A DNA stretch of 64,000 bases. Origin: Chara braunii (lineage: Eukaryota > Plantae > Charophyceae). Position 1 is the stretch's first letter. Each line of letters begins with the position of its first letter. Location: NCBI GenBank assembly GCA_003427395.1, contig BFEA01000003.1, forward strand, positions 8,258,517 through 8,322,516, read 5' to 3'. The position numbers and the translations under genes are program-made. Shown here piece by piece: positions 11,851 to 24,780 of this stretch. The notes under the pieces are model-generated. The model searched no databases. It saw only the letters and a program-made list of their open reading frames with translations, and had not been told where the DNA came from.

Positions 11851-13051
11851 TGTGACAAACCACTTCCCGAGCCTGTGCTATCTTTCGTACCCCTTGACTC
11901 AATTCCCCTTTTGTATCATACCGACCCAACAAAGCCCCCGTCGCTTTTCTTGATTTTAGGTGCCTTGTTTAGGCCCCCATTTTTCGGAGGTTCTATTGAT
12001 TCTTGGAATTCTGCTTTTTGTAATTCAGGAAATGCATGGGAAATTTACGCGCGCCTTAGCGAGCGCACTGGGAATCGGGCTCGACAGTTAGGAATTCCGG
12101 AATAAGCGGAACCCGACGTGTTTTTTTCTTTGCATGAATGTTCTCGGTCACGTCGGAGAAAACTCAAGGAATTTTGTGAGAATACGGATAGGCATAGGAC
12201 TTTCTTTTCCCGCGTCGACTTTCACGAGCGGATATGGCGATTTCAATTTTTGAATTGGTGTAGGACATAGGCAAGCTGTAACTGTTTTGGTGCCTTTTTT
12301 TTTCCCTTGTTGTCGGCGCCGCACATGCGAGCTTCCTCCTCCTTATTTTCCACGTCATTCTTCCCCCGCGCTCTCTTCTCTCTCCCTTCTCCCTCCTCTT
12401 CTTATCCTATCGCAATTGTTTTTCCCTCTCTCTAATCTTTGCGTGCCTGTTTTCCCTTCTTGATCATCTGAATCTTGGACCCGTCTCGCGCTACTTTTCG
12501 CGCCTCTTTCCTTCTCGATCTTCAACCTTGGCTCACGAAACCCGGTTGATCCTTCGATTACCCCCGCTCACCAATCAGACGCGTTGAACAAGAGGATCTT
12601 CCTGTTGCGCGACGAATCTGATTGGCTGAACATTGAGTTCCAAAGGATCAACATGGCTTCCCTTGAGCACCCCTCACTGAATCTTCTCCTCTTACACCTC
12701 GATTTCCTCTCTATCTTCTCCCCCGTCTGTCTTCTTTTTTGTAACTATAAATTCCGCAAGCGCGCCTGCAAATCTCTCTTACGTTTTTCACTCGCCAGCC
12801 AGCTTCTGGGAAGCAGTGGCTAGGTGATGCGTTTGGTGCGAGTCGAAAAGTCCTGTCGGGCTGGCTGTACACTGGCCGGTTGCGCGCTTGATCGCCACGA
12901 CGGATTGTGGGATCCAGGCGAGCCGTGTCGAGCTTGCGTCAGCGGGGTGACGATCGCAGCGGCGGAGGTTAGCACGCAACGGCCGGGATCTTTGGTGCGG
13001 GTATGAGGGTCGGTAATTGGAGTTGAGTGGATGATTGGCCCGGGGTCATAC
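11851..13051 (+). repeat. LTR-like repeat, copy 1
   Basis: Begins TGTGACAAACC. Colinear, highly similar reverse complement of 17508-18720. Immediately preceded by a minus-strand SINE tail fragment (about 11805-11850). Confidence 0.8.
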
Positions 13052-15126
13052 CGCCTTCTTATGGAGAGGTAACTATGACTGTAATAATGTTATCATCAGG
13101 GTAGCATGGCTATCTATTATTCAGCCAAAAACAGGGGGGGGACTGAGAATCCTAGACCCTCTCACCCAGTCAAGGGCTCTTTCAATCCAATGGGTCCAGC
13201 AACTATTGTTCAACCCCCAAACCCCATGGACACCATTGGCCTTAGAACAAATCAAGCGCCTAACTCCAACTACGACTGAGGAAATTAACCCCCTGACATG
13301 GCTAGAAAATCGATCTTGGACAATTCCCAACGGGACTACTAAACCTGAAACAATGCCTACAACTTCCAATAGATAGGCTGTTCGACAAGACTTGAAAAAT
13401 GATCAATTTTGGGTGACCATAATAAAAACATGGAGAAAACTTCCATTAACAGACAAACTCTCACCACAAAGATAGGAGGAAGTCTGTCAACAACCCTTAT
13501 TTGATAACAGATGGATTCGTGATTCCCAAGGTAGAGTTCTTCATTGTATGCACTCACCCTGGAAAGGATGGATCAATAAAGGAATCCTGAGGATAAAAGA
13601 CGTATGGGAGGCTGACAATAATGATTGGATAGGCCCAACTAAACTAAAATTGAGACTAAGATACTGCCACCATTCAGAGGAAGCACTGGAAAAGAAAATA
13701 GATCTTATTCCCCTTGAATGGATACGGATCCTTAGAAAAGGTCCCAAATTACTGATTAATGATTGGGTAACAATCAAGTCTCAACCTCAATCAATTGGAA
13801 GGATTCTTGACCGCCGCCCAAATGGGAACTGTCTACTACAAATTTTTGCCTTATCAATCAACAATATTATCACCAAACCCGAACAAGAGGACAATAGATG
13901 GGTCCAACCACATCAAATCTTCAGAATAAGAGTAATCAAGAGTAAAGATTCTTAGCTAGCTTTCAAATCTGAGTGTCCTATTTCCGAACTGCCACTAGTC
14001 CCGGCAAATTGGGTATGGAGCTCGAAAGTAAGAATAGACAGACATAATAGATCATGTAAAAGGACCATTCAGCTGTTGAAAGTCAAATCTGCTTACCGTA
14101 TGATGAGACCAAGAATAAACTTGAGAGATATGGTAACGGACAGATGGATGAAGTACCTCAATATAAGTAAAGAGGATCTGAGACCGGTCAAGTGGTTTAA
14201 AGCAATTAAAAACAAACCATCTAAGATCACCTCTCTGCAATGGCAAATTGAACACCGATGTCTCCCAACAAATGACTGGTTGATTGATAGATCCTATTTA
14301 GAGCAGAAAGGAATAACAACAAGATGGTGTAAATTTTGCAGGTCAGCCTTCCCGACCAGGAAAATTCCTGAAACTATAGAACACATTTTTATGCAGTGTC
14401 CTGGTTCCATCTGGTTATGGAGATGGTGGGATCGCATTTGGTCACAAGTAGTCCCACAGGTCTTGTGCCCATGGGGATGGAAAACCATTTTATTAGAGAC
14501 ATGGACCCCCAACCACGAATCGACGAAAAATCAGGAGGAATTTATAGACAACCTCTTCTGTATAGGTAGAAGAGTTGTTATGTGGGCCATATGGAAGAGA
14601 AGATGTACTTTTGAATGGGAAGGGGCCAGATTGGATGAACCAGACTTTACGGAAAGTATTAAACAACAAATTGAAACAGACATCATAACAAAATGGTCTC
14701 AAATAAAGGAAAAAGTTAAATTTTTATCCAATACAACAGAAATACAATCACATTTTTGAAAATTCAGCAGAAATTGGCTGGGCGGAAACCAAGGAAACCA
14801 AGGAGGCAATCTGGGAGAAGTTATATGGAAAGGGGCTGAGAGTGATGAAGACATTGTGACTAAAAGGGACTACAAACTGGTTTTTCATGATTGGACTACT
14901 ATCGATGCTACAGTACCGATGCGTCCTCTCTCAGAATTCCCTGATCCCTTCCCTCCCTCAGAAATGGCAGTGGTCTCGATTTACAGCATCATCATGAACA
15001 GTATAAGCATCACGGGAGGGACGCTGAGCCCGGTTCTCAGTAGGTTCTGTTTTGTCATTCCGGGTAGACTGTGAGGGCCCCGGCCTCAATCTTCTTTTGA
15101 TAATATCAGCCTTGGCACAGGGCCCG

Positions 15127-15193
<67 letters not shown>
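13052..15193 (+). mobile_element. LINE B, 3' half (post-RT region, zf-RVT, 3' UTR, 63-nt poly(A))
   Basis: AFLWRG..VAW..PKTGGGL, CLPTND..WCKFC..ETIEHIFMQC..WAIWKRR. Poly(A) at 15131-15193, followed by TSD AAGATGGACATGTGGGGG. Confidence 0.9.
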
Positions 15194-15195
<2 letters not shown>

Positions 15196-15517
15196 TGGAC
15201 ATGTGGGGGAACTATTCCTTCAGCCATATGAGTATTTGTTTGTTCTTTTCCGTTTCTCTCTTCTTTGCGGAGGCAGCATATTATCATATGTTTATGCCCT
15301 TCTCTTCACCGTTTGGCTAAGATCACCAAGTGTAGCACCTGATCAACTGATCACTGGAAACAAAAATAAAAAAAATGGAAAGAAAAGGTAGTGTGTGGTA
15401 GTTTATTTTAACTATATAGTTTATTTTAACTATATAGTTTATTTTAAGTTAACACACTGAGTCTCTTGATGAGTTAAAAGTAAACTCATCAGGAGTTGAA
15501 ATAAACTACTAGATAGC

Positions 15518-15930
15518 TATGCAAGCAGGTGTCCCCTGTATAGCCTTAGGAGGGGTGGTAGGTAGGTGCTGAAAGATGAAAGAATTTGAGAGAAGAATAT
15601 AGTCAGTGTAGTCTTAAAAAAAAAAAGAGTATAATTGAATGCAGTGGCTGAGCACAGTTGGTTAGGCAGGGAGTGGAATTCACGAGGGTGCGGTTTCGAA
15701 CACCATAACTGTCTGTGGGCGCACTTAGTGCCAACCAGCACACCTGTGATAACCCACTGGATACCTCTGATGGGTTTTCGAAGGGTCATTGGCCAACAGG
15801 GGTATGAGTGCGAGTGTAAGTTGTTTGAGTGGGGTGTGTGGGAGAGTGTCGGCTTTAGACACTCCTGCTATTCTGTTGGGGGTGGGGGACAATGTAAAGG
15901 GAGGTGAAGCTACTGGCAACTCCCAATGGA
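15518..15930 (+). mobile_element. SINE tail (15518-15626) followed by a second tRNA-derived SINE head/body
   Basis: Tail matches 10808-10908. Head TGGCTGAGCACAGTTGGTTAG...GGTTTCGAACACC (A/B-box-like). Confidence 0.6.
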
Positions 15931-16992
15931 GGCCCCACGCCATCTCGGACTACTGCTGTTGAGGCAGGGCCAACATCCAATCCTGTGACGCGCAAACCTC
16001 ACGCCCTGTGCTGTCTTCCGTTTGGAGTGTTAAGGGTGCGGAAAGAGGGCCCAGGAAAACAGCAAGATGGGGTGTGCCAACGATTTTTGGAAAATTGAGT
16101 GTGAGGAAACAGACAGAACTGAAATCCCCCATGTTGGTCCGATGAAGTAAGTCGGTTGCTTTCGCGCGTCGCGGAATGCGCGCGCGGGCACGGCGCGAAA
16201 AGAGAAAAATCCAAATTCAATCTAAAAAGTATTGTCGAACTTCCCACCGCGCTGAGGATCTTCGTTTAGAGCGGAAGGGCTTCGGTACGCTCCACGTGTC
16301 CCGTTTCCGTATCAAGTCCCGACGTCGCTCGTTGGTTAGTTCCGAGTCCGACGTGGAGGGTCTCAGCCGCGTGGCTCTTTCCTTGTGCTCCTCTTCACTC
16401 CGTATTCAGTAGTGGAAACCCTTTGATTCGTTGTGATCGAAACGCTGGCACTCAATGCACAAGGTTCGAGGCCAATGGGGCGCCACTGCCATCCACGGAA
16501 TGACGATCGGCTCGTCAAATGGCAATAGTACTGAGTACGACGGGTAGTGCGTATCGATAATAACAAAGCCCACGTCCACGAATCCAGAACAACGATTTTC
16601 AGGAGGGAAGTAATATCGTCCGCAGATCCGTGCGACAACTTCTCATACGTCCCACTCGCAAACACGTGTCTTTTCCTCGTTGTAAGGGAGGGGCGCGTTG
16701 GCGAGGGAGATACGGGAGGCTGGCACCCGATCCAGGTACGCCCGTCAGTACACATGTCAATCAATCGGAATGAATTTGCAGAAACCCTGGGACGTCATCA
16801 AAAAGCACAATCGCAAAAACCAAATAACATTTTTCTTCCTTTCGACACGAGGGAAGCATCTTACAGAGCCCGTACAACCATGCAATAATCGGGGTGGAGT
16901 TTCGAGGGGGTCCACCCGCAATTCAGGTTCAGCAGACCAAATCGACAAAAATCCGAGGCGCCTGGTTTTTTCGAGGCTGCCCCATAGACTGT

Positions 16993-17082
16993 CTGCAGAT
17001 GTTGTGCAGTATAAGGCAGATGGCATGCGCAGTGTGTTCAGAACAACAAATCTAAACACTCTTGCATTCTTGAGCAAAATCC
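16993..17082 (-). repeat. Dispersed repeat, second copy at 59811-59936(+)
   Basis: GGATTTTGCTCAAGAATGCA.GAGTGTTTAGAT and CGCATGCCAT.TGCCTTAT blocks are shared, with an indel between them. Confidence 0.7.
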
Positions 17083-17507
17083 CGTCGAGTTCTGAGTCTA
17101 ATCAACACAATTAACTCACATACAAGCATTCCTATGCATACATCCACTGTGGAAGGTGCGAAAATGACAATGGTGCATCAAAAACAAATCGGGGGATAGT
17201 GCACACGCATCCACCGTTCACAAGACAAGAGGATTGAGCTCCCTCACATCCGAGGATTACCCAGGAAACTAATGGAAGAGTCCGGAAGAAGTTTTTCTGT
17301 GCGGGCAATCACGAGGATTCACTTCTGTTCATGGAAGAAACAGACTCATAACACATCGTCATTCAAATCAGAGAGAGAGAGATAGACGAGAAATGTCGAG
17401 ACAGGCGACACCGGAATCCGACAAGGGAACATTCGGCTTCACAGCCATGAACTCACACAAAAAAAAATGATCCGCAACCATGAAGGCACATTCGCCCTGA
17501 AATTTCA

Positions 17508-18720
17508 GTATGGCCCCGGGGCAATCATCCACTCAACTCCAATTACCGATCCTCATACCCGCACCGACGATCCCGGCCGTCACGTGCTTAACTTCCGCGG
17601 CCTTTCGCCGCTGCGATCGTCACCCCGCTGACGCAAGCTCGACACGGCTCGCCTGGATCCCACAGTCCGTTGTAGCAATCAAGCGCGCAACTGGCCAGCG
17701 TACAGCCAGCCCGACACGACTTTTTGACTCGCACCAAACACATCACCTAGCCATTGCTTCCCAAAAGTTGGCTGGCGAGTGAAAAATGTAAGAGAGATTT
17801 GTGGCCGCGCTTGCGAAATTTATAGTTGCGAAAAAGAAGACAGGCGGGGGAGAAGACAGAGGGGAAATCGAGGTGTAAGAGGAGAAGATTCAGTGAGGGG
17901 TGCTCAAGGGAAGCCATGTTGATCCTTCGGAACTCAATGTTCAGCCAATCAGATTCGTCGTGCAACAGGAAGATCCTCTTGTTCAACGCGTCTGCTTGGT
18001 GAGCGGGGGTAATTGAAGAATCAACTGGGTTTCGTGAGCCAAGGTTGAAGATCGAGAAGGAAAGAGGCGCGAAAAGTAGCGCGAGACGGGTCCAAGATTC
18101 AGATGATCAAGAAGGGAAAACAGACGCGCAAAGAGTAGAGAGAGGGAAAAACAGTTGCGATAGGAGAAGAAGAGGAGGGAGAAGGGAGAGAGAAGAGAGT
18201 GCGGGGGAAGAATGACGCAGGAAACAAGGAGGAGGAAGCTCGCATGCGCGGCGCCGACAACAAGAGAAAAAAAAAAGGCACCAAAACAGTTACAGCTTGC
18301 CTATGTCCTACACCAATTCAAAAATTGAAATCACCATATCCACGCGCGAAAGTCGACGTGGGAAAAGAAAGTCCTATGCCTATCGGTATTCTCACAAAAT
18401 TCCTAGAGTTTTCTCCGACGTGACCGAGAACATTCATGCAAAGAAAAAGACACGTCGGGTTCCGCTTATTCCGGAATTCCTAACTGTCGAGCCCGATTCC
18501 CAGTGAGCTCGCTAAGGCGCGCGTAAATTTCCCATGCATTTCCCGAATTACAAAAAGCAGAATTCCAAGAATCAATAGAACCTCCGAAAAATGGGGGCCT
18601 AAACAAGGCACCTGAAATCAAGAAAAGCGACGGGGGCTTTGTTGGGTCAGTATGATACAAAAGGGGAATTGAGTCAAGGGGTACGAAAGATAGCACGGGG
18701 TCGGGAAGTGGTTTGTCACA
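17508..18720 (-). repeat. LTR-like repeat, copy 2 (3' LTR position of the Gypsy element)
   Basis: Inverted copy of 11851-13051, abutting the 3' end of the Gypsy internal region. No clear PPT or TSD found. Confidence 0.75.
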
Positions 18721-19502
18721 TAGGTGACGCGCAGGGGGTTCCAAAATTATGCGATCTCCTGATTGCATGAAAAACCTTGAACAAAGGAAGTGGGAGGAGA
18801 CGAAGAAGCAGGAAGAAGTAGGAGGCTTAGATCAGCACAATTTATGTCAATAGAGAAAACTGAGCCGGGGTATGGGTTGACGACAACATCCGTGGCAAGA
18901 TTTTCGTGATGCATGCCGGCTCATGCTGTCTCGGATCCCCATCCTCTTCAGTCTTGTCATATGCAACCCCCTGCCCTTCAAACTTCGGAGATCGTCCAGG
19001 TGGCACCATCATGGTCCATCAGGTCTCTGTGTGCTCTGCACTCCAGTCCAGCGCTATTCGTCGAATCAGAGCATGTGTTGACGTCATCGTCAATGGCGTG
19101 ATCTTCGCGAAACTGCTGATTCGAGTTGCTCGGGGGACACGTGTCGATGGTCACTGACAAGAAGAGGGGGGGATGCGCCGCCGTCGCGACATGTGGCAGG
19201 TATCAGCGCCGCGTGGGAATGGGAAAGTAGACATTGTACATGGAGGGGTGTCGACGGGGAGGGTTGGGGGGAACTGGAGGTAAGTAGCGATCCATCCCTT
19301 CCACTGTCACTGGAAGCTCCTCGTAGCGGATGATCCGGTGGAAGCGGGGAAATCGATCGCCGCTGTGAGGGAGGGAGGCGAGGTAATCAGGGTAGAGGGT
19401 GGAGAAAGTGCGGAAGAGCGCCGCACGAAATAACTCGTGATGGCGGCATGCGGGGATGGTTCCTGTGATTACGCAGTAGACTTCTACTGCGGCAGTAGAC
19501 TT

Positions 19503-20747
19503 CTACTGCGTTGCTCTGCTCCCACGCCGCACTAAACAAAAGGACATGCAAACAGAACGCGGGGGTTGCACATTGAAGGGAAGGATGGGGATGGACGGTG
19601 ACGGCGAGGCGGGTGGAGTAGAAGTGGTGGAAGGTATTGGGAGGGAAGGGTTTGCGAGTGAAGGTGACGGGGGTAGAGATCTGACTGAGGGTGAGGTAGT
19701 CAAGGGGACGGCGAGATAATGACCGGGGACGAAGGCCGATCCCCCGCATCTGTACATGGACGAACTGGGGGATCGGCTTCGTCTCCGTCGCGATGCGCTC
19801 GGAGCCGCGGTTGCTGGGTCGCCATCTTCGGGCTTGGGGGGCTCTGGATCCCAGGTCGGGTCGTCGTTGATGCGCAGGTTCGCCTCGCTGGCGAACTCCA
19901 GCTGGTTTTTCCCGGCGGCGATCTCTTCCCTCTTACTTGCCGCCTCGGGATCTTCCGCCTCCGTGCCTGTGCGCGCCTCTTCTTCCGGCAAAGCCTCCCA
20001 CTCCGATCCGGCTTCCTCCTCTTCGTCTTCTTCTTCTTCTTCTTCTTCTTCCTCTTCACTCTGCTCTCCTTCGCTGTGCTCACTATAACTCCCTTCTTCC
20101 GATGTCTCTTCTTCAACGTCGCCCTTTTCTTCGGTGGCTTCCTCCTCTTCCTCTTCTACCGCCTTTTCGGACGTATCTTGCTTCGGATAGAAGGCAAGAT
20201 TGATGATTCCGGACGGCTTCAAGTACTCCTGCCGCGACGGCAGGGCGCTTTCACTCCCCGGTTCCTCCAAGCACGCAGTCCACTGTAGATACGGTGCCAA
20301 TGTTCGTGTAAGGACGTGCGGAGCCAGACTCTCGTCACCTTGCGAAACAATGTCGAGAGAGAGGTCGTCGACCAGTTGCGCGAGCGGGACAACGAGTTCC
20401 TGGACAATTAGCTGGCGATGGCCTGGCCGCACCGATCCGAAAAGAAACCCGAGAAGATCGCCTTCTACGTCAGTTCTCCAAGCCTGGATAATCAACAACT
20501 CCAGGTACTCAATACACGCCTAATGCTCGTCAGTCCTCGTCCACATCACCTCCACTTGGGCCAAGCACACGGACAGATCATCAAAAGTCTCGCGCCACAC
20601 TCGCCAATGCCTGGGATCGAGGAGCGGGACTGCAAGGGGCTCGAGTAAGAAGGAAAGGCGAGGATGAAGGTCGGATTGCCAGAAGGTGGGAAAAAGAGAG
20701 GGAAGACTAAAGATGGAGAGAGGAACGAGAGGAGCGGCGCGGTTCAT
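19503..20747 (-). pseudogene. Extra ORF-b downstream of pol (about 414 codons, acidic Glu-rich tract, one internal TAG)
   Basis: ORFs 20520..20747 and 19503..20498 share one frame across a single TAG. The ATG overlaps the ORF-a stop (ATGA). Confidence 0.65.
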
Positions 20748-21226
20748 TGGGGGCGTTGGAAGGGGATGAGTGTGGGGAGCACAACTGCCGGCTGGCGCGT
20801 AGAGGTGCGGATCTCGTCGAAGTCAGTCCCGTACGTTGGGACAAGGTTGCACCCGGGGCGTGCAAGACAGTATTGCCACTCAGTCGATAACTGCTGCGTC
20901 CACTCCCGTGATGTGGTCAGGATCGCGGTATGCCGAAGCGGGCTGACCACGCTGATATCGTCGCTGAAGGCAGCCACCGTGGTGACGTGGCTCATTCCTG
21001 GAGCCGCCCGCCGATGAAAGGCCACCACCTCTACCAATACTACTGCCTGCGGACTTCCTGCAAATCGGAACGCAGCGGCGGCAGACACACCCTCGGTGCA
21101 GAAGAACTGCGCCAGCCGTCGAAGATCAGGACTGGGCCGCGGATGACGAACCTGCAGGATCTCCGAGATGTAGCCACGTGGCTGCAGCAGATGATTGGCA
21201 AGAGCTTGCTCCGTGATGAAACTCAT
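20744..21226 (-). CDS. Extra ORF-a (160 aa) directly after integrase, unknown function
   Basis: MSFITEQ... start codon overlaps the pol TGA (ATGA at 21226-21223); frame is uninterrupted. Confidence 0.6.
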   Translation of the reverse strand: MSFITEQALANHLLQPRGYISEILQVRHPRPSPDLRRLAQFFCTEGVSAAAAFRFAGSPQAVVLVEVVAFHRRAAPGMSHVTTVAAFSDDISVVSPLRHTAILTTSREWTQQLSTEWQYCLARPGCNLVPTYGTDFDEIRTSTRQPAVVLPTLIPFQRPQ

Positions 21227-22560
21227 GGCGAGGACGGGGAAGAAGATGAGAAATGGGAACAAGAGGGAGAGAACGAGGCGGGAGCTAGATCGTCGTTGTC
21301 CTCGTTTTCAGCAGACGAGGGAGACGGAGGGAGATCAGAAGGAGGGAGGGGACGAATGTAAGAGGTATGGCAGACGATGGGGACAGAGCTATGGTTGGTG
21401 CTGGCCTCGGGCGCAATGCGCACCGTGTTGGCACCGTTGGGTCCGAGCTTGAAAACGCAGAAACGGCCAGAGAACTTGGGAGCGAGCTTCCGGTCGCGTG
21501 CACATTTACGTACCTGCACCAGGTCCCCTAATTTATATTGATGTTGGGAACTGGCGTTTCCATTTTGGGCCTCGTAGGTACGGACTTGCCTCCCGTGGGC
21601 TAGATCAGTCATTTTCTATCTCTTTCGGGCTAGCTTCGGGACGGCCTTTTCCATTAAATCGGCGTACCTTTTGGCCTTGGCCTTAAGGGCGGCATGCGTG
21701 TCTCTACCCCCGGCTTTGGCAATGTCTGAGTTGCCCTGGTAATCGACACATGGGAGGCTATTGGTGCGAAGCTGAAAGGGGGTGAACCCCGTGGATTCGT
21801 GAGGGGTGGCCCGGTGAATTCCGACGATCTGGTATACGATCTCGGGCCAAGGACGTGTGTTACGCACCGCTAGATTTCTACGAAGGGCACTCTTAATCAT
21901 GCGATTGGCATTTTCGGCCAACCCATTCGACTGGGAAATGTGGGGTGCCGTATGTCGAAGTGTAATGCCTCGGCATGCGAGCAATTCCTCTACCCCACCT
22001 TTGAATTCGAACCCGTTGTCGGTTAGAATCTCTTCCGTATCTAGATGGGTATAGACGAACCGATCCATGTACGTGGCTATTTTTGCGGCCTTACGGGTTT
22101 TGCAGGGGTAGACCTCGATGTATTTGGAAAAATGATCTATTAAAACTAAAAGGATGGAATATTCGCAACGGTTTGGGCCAGGTGGCACGTCGATATCTGT
22201 CGTGTCCCTACTGACTCGCGGGAAAGGGCGCTCTACTTCCGTCGACACTATCGTGTTTGGTCCCCGTATTGGGGCACAGTCGGCGGCACAGACCAGACAG
22301 TTCGCGACCACGTATCTGACATCGTCCTGTATATTAGACCAGAACCACCGATTATGATCTCGCGAAATGAGCGGCCTGCTCTTCGTGAGCAGATCGGGTC
22401 CAATCATATCTCTGGAATGGATGGGGAACCGTCAACCACAAACCCGATCCGTCATTTTTACGCTTTTCCAGGTGACCGTTGATCCATCGGTAATCCCGGG
22501 ATCTCTCGGTGGCCCGACCTCTGTTGTGCTTAGTGAGATGATCCAATGGTAAACCGGCCA
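21223..22560 (-). pseudogene. Integrase (HHCC, DDE core, GPY/F module)
   Basis: AHEEQAAHF..WFW..NCLVC; LIDHFSK, ILTDNGFEF, QSNGLAENANR; KLAPKFSGRF..HTSYIRP. One frameshift and one TAG. Confidence 0.92.
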
Positions 22561-22633
22561 ATTTAGCTAATATAATTTTATCCGTCCAGACCTCCGCTCG
22601 TCAGTATTTCTTGTCATATTCAAGGTTGTCCGT

Positions 22634-22900
22634 TCAAGCAGCCTCGAATCGAACCTCGGTAGGGAGTTTGTCCGTTCTACACAGAGGGCACTTCCATTCC
22701 CTACTATTCGTTCGGTATCGAACGCATACACTGTGTGCATGATTGACAAACGTGGCACAGTCCACCCAATCAATGAATCCGGTCTCAAAAGGATGACAGT
22801 CCACCCCATGAAACCGTGTAATACACGTAATTGCGTTTGCAGGCAGGCACCGACTTAGACGGGTATTCCACCACGCATTCGAGCCCGCCGGTCCCACCTC
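22634..22900 (-). pseudogene. PHD-finger-like segment between RT/RH and integrase
   Basis: WVDCATFVNHAHSVC-x9-WKCPLC fits PHD W-x2-C-x2-C-x4-H-x2-C...W-x-C-x2-C with one Cys replaced by Phe. Confidence 0.6.
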
Positions 22901-22912
22901 GGCCAAGATCGC

Positions 22913-23960
22913 TCAGATTGCCTCCGGCTGCCAGTCTGTGATGAGGACAAAAGACTTTTCGGGATCCGGCCTTATAAGGACCGGAGCCGAAATAAGAGCT
23001 GCCTTGAGTTTTGAAAACGCTTGATCACACTCTGGCGTCCAAATCAACGGTTGATCCTTTTTCAGCAGATTCGTGAGGGGACCCACAATAGCCGCGAAGC
23101 CCTTGATAAACCTTTGGTAGTACGAGACCAGGCCCAGAAAGGCGCGAACTTGCGTGATAGTCGTGGGCACAGGCGCGTCTCTCACAGCTGCCACCTTTTG
23201 CGGTTCCGGTCTGAGTCCGTGGTCTGTCACCACGTGTCCCAGGAAGGAAATGGTGGTGAGAAAGAACTGGCATTTCTCCAGCGCCACCTTAAAACCGACA
23301 TCCCTCAATGCATGCAGCGTCCATTCGATGTATTGCAAATGCCCCTCGTAGGAACTCGAATACACCATAATATCATCCATGTACACAATCACGCAATAGT
23401 TGATGATACTCTGCGTCAGACGTGTCTTCAGCACAAATTTCCGAAAAGCCATGTTCATGGCTCGCTGAAAGGTTGCAGGAGCATTGCAGATGCCCATGGG
23501 GCATCGAACCCATTGCCAAGTACCTTCGAACAACACAAACGCCGTTTTCGGACGATCCTCGTTTCGAACAAGACGATGATGAAACCCATGTCGAACATCA
23601 AACTTACTGAAAAATCGAGCACTCCCAATCGCATCCAACAGCTCATCAATCCGGGGAAGGGGGTACACATCTTTGATCATGATATCGTTTAGCTTCCGAG
23701 AATCGATGCATATGCGAATCCCTCCGGGCTTCTTGGGCACGATTACCACAGGAAACGACCAAGGTCCTATAGTGGGTTCGATCCATCCATTAGCTTCGAA
23801 TTCCTTAATTCGTTAAAACGCAGTCGCCCGTTGGGCTGGTGAGTATCGATAAGGAACGCAGCTAATGGGTGGATGATCCCCCGTAAGGATGACATGCTCA
23901 ATCACGTTAGACAGCCCAATATCGTTATCGCGCACACTAAATACCTCTACGTACCCATTC
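22913..23960 (-). pseudogene. Gypsy reverse transcriptase and start of RNase H
   Basis: VPKK..IRICID.RKLN, YPLPRID, MGICNAPATFQ, YMDD, KC.F...FLGH, LITDW. Confidence 0.95.
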
Positions 23961-24780
23961 AAGACGTTAATCAGTGATTTTCAAATTCCAGGGGGACGTG
24001 ATCCGGTAGAGTGACAGTCGGTCGATCGGGTATCTCAAGGGGCATGTCGATCCAATCAGCAGGCCGATTCCGTCGGTCATGGACGCTAGAGAAAATAGAG
24101 CTGCTAGTGCGGACAGAAAATACAGTCGCGATCATCTGGGATTCTGCAGGGTTAATCATCTCGGTCTCTTTAACTTCGGTGTCAGTTTTCGAATCAGCCG
24201 TGGTTTCTTCCACGGTTAGTCCTGTTAAATCCACCATTTCCTGCATCAGATCGGGCACATCTTCGACGGGAGCTTCGACTTTTTGTTTTATCAGAGCGAT
24301 GGTCACTCCTGTTGTAAGTAGCAACCTTGGAGGGGAAACAAAAACATCCAGGTATTGTTTCACCTGTTGATAGCGTGCTAGGAGGGAGAGTGTTCCCTCG
24401 TACAAAGTGCGAGGGGATTCCAAATCGTCTGCCAGGTCAGATATTTGCAAGATGGGTTCTCCGAGAAAGGTCGAGGGACTGACCTGGGTTTCCATAGGCG
24501 CGAGCGCGTTGTCTCCTAGACTAGAGTGGAAAGTTTGTGTGGTTCTGGAAACCATCCGAAATTCCTTTGGAGTTTCGTGCTCCAAAAGTTCGACCAAGTG
24601 TTTCCATTCACTCTCACTAGGCATCCCTTCTTCGCACTCCTATTCTTCGAATCCGCTACTATTATCCGGAGATGAAAATTCCTCTTGATCGGGACCTTGA
24701 ATCATCCCTATCCGAGCAGAATTAGGATTCCTTTTAACTGTTCGGGTTGAAATTCCCAACGGAACTGTCCGAGGCTTTCC

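Noticed and set aside
15463-15512. 13-bp hairpin plus CTAG as a Helitron 3' end
   Set aside because: Hairpin is AT-rich, CTAG is followed by A not T, and no 5' TC end was identified.
11846-18730. TSD and PPT for the LTR-like repeats
   Set aside because: Flanks did not give a matching 4-6 bp duplication or purine tract, so none is claimed.
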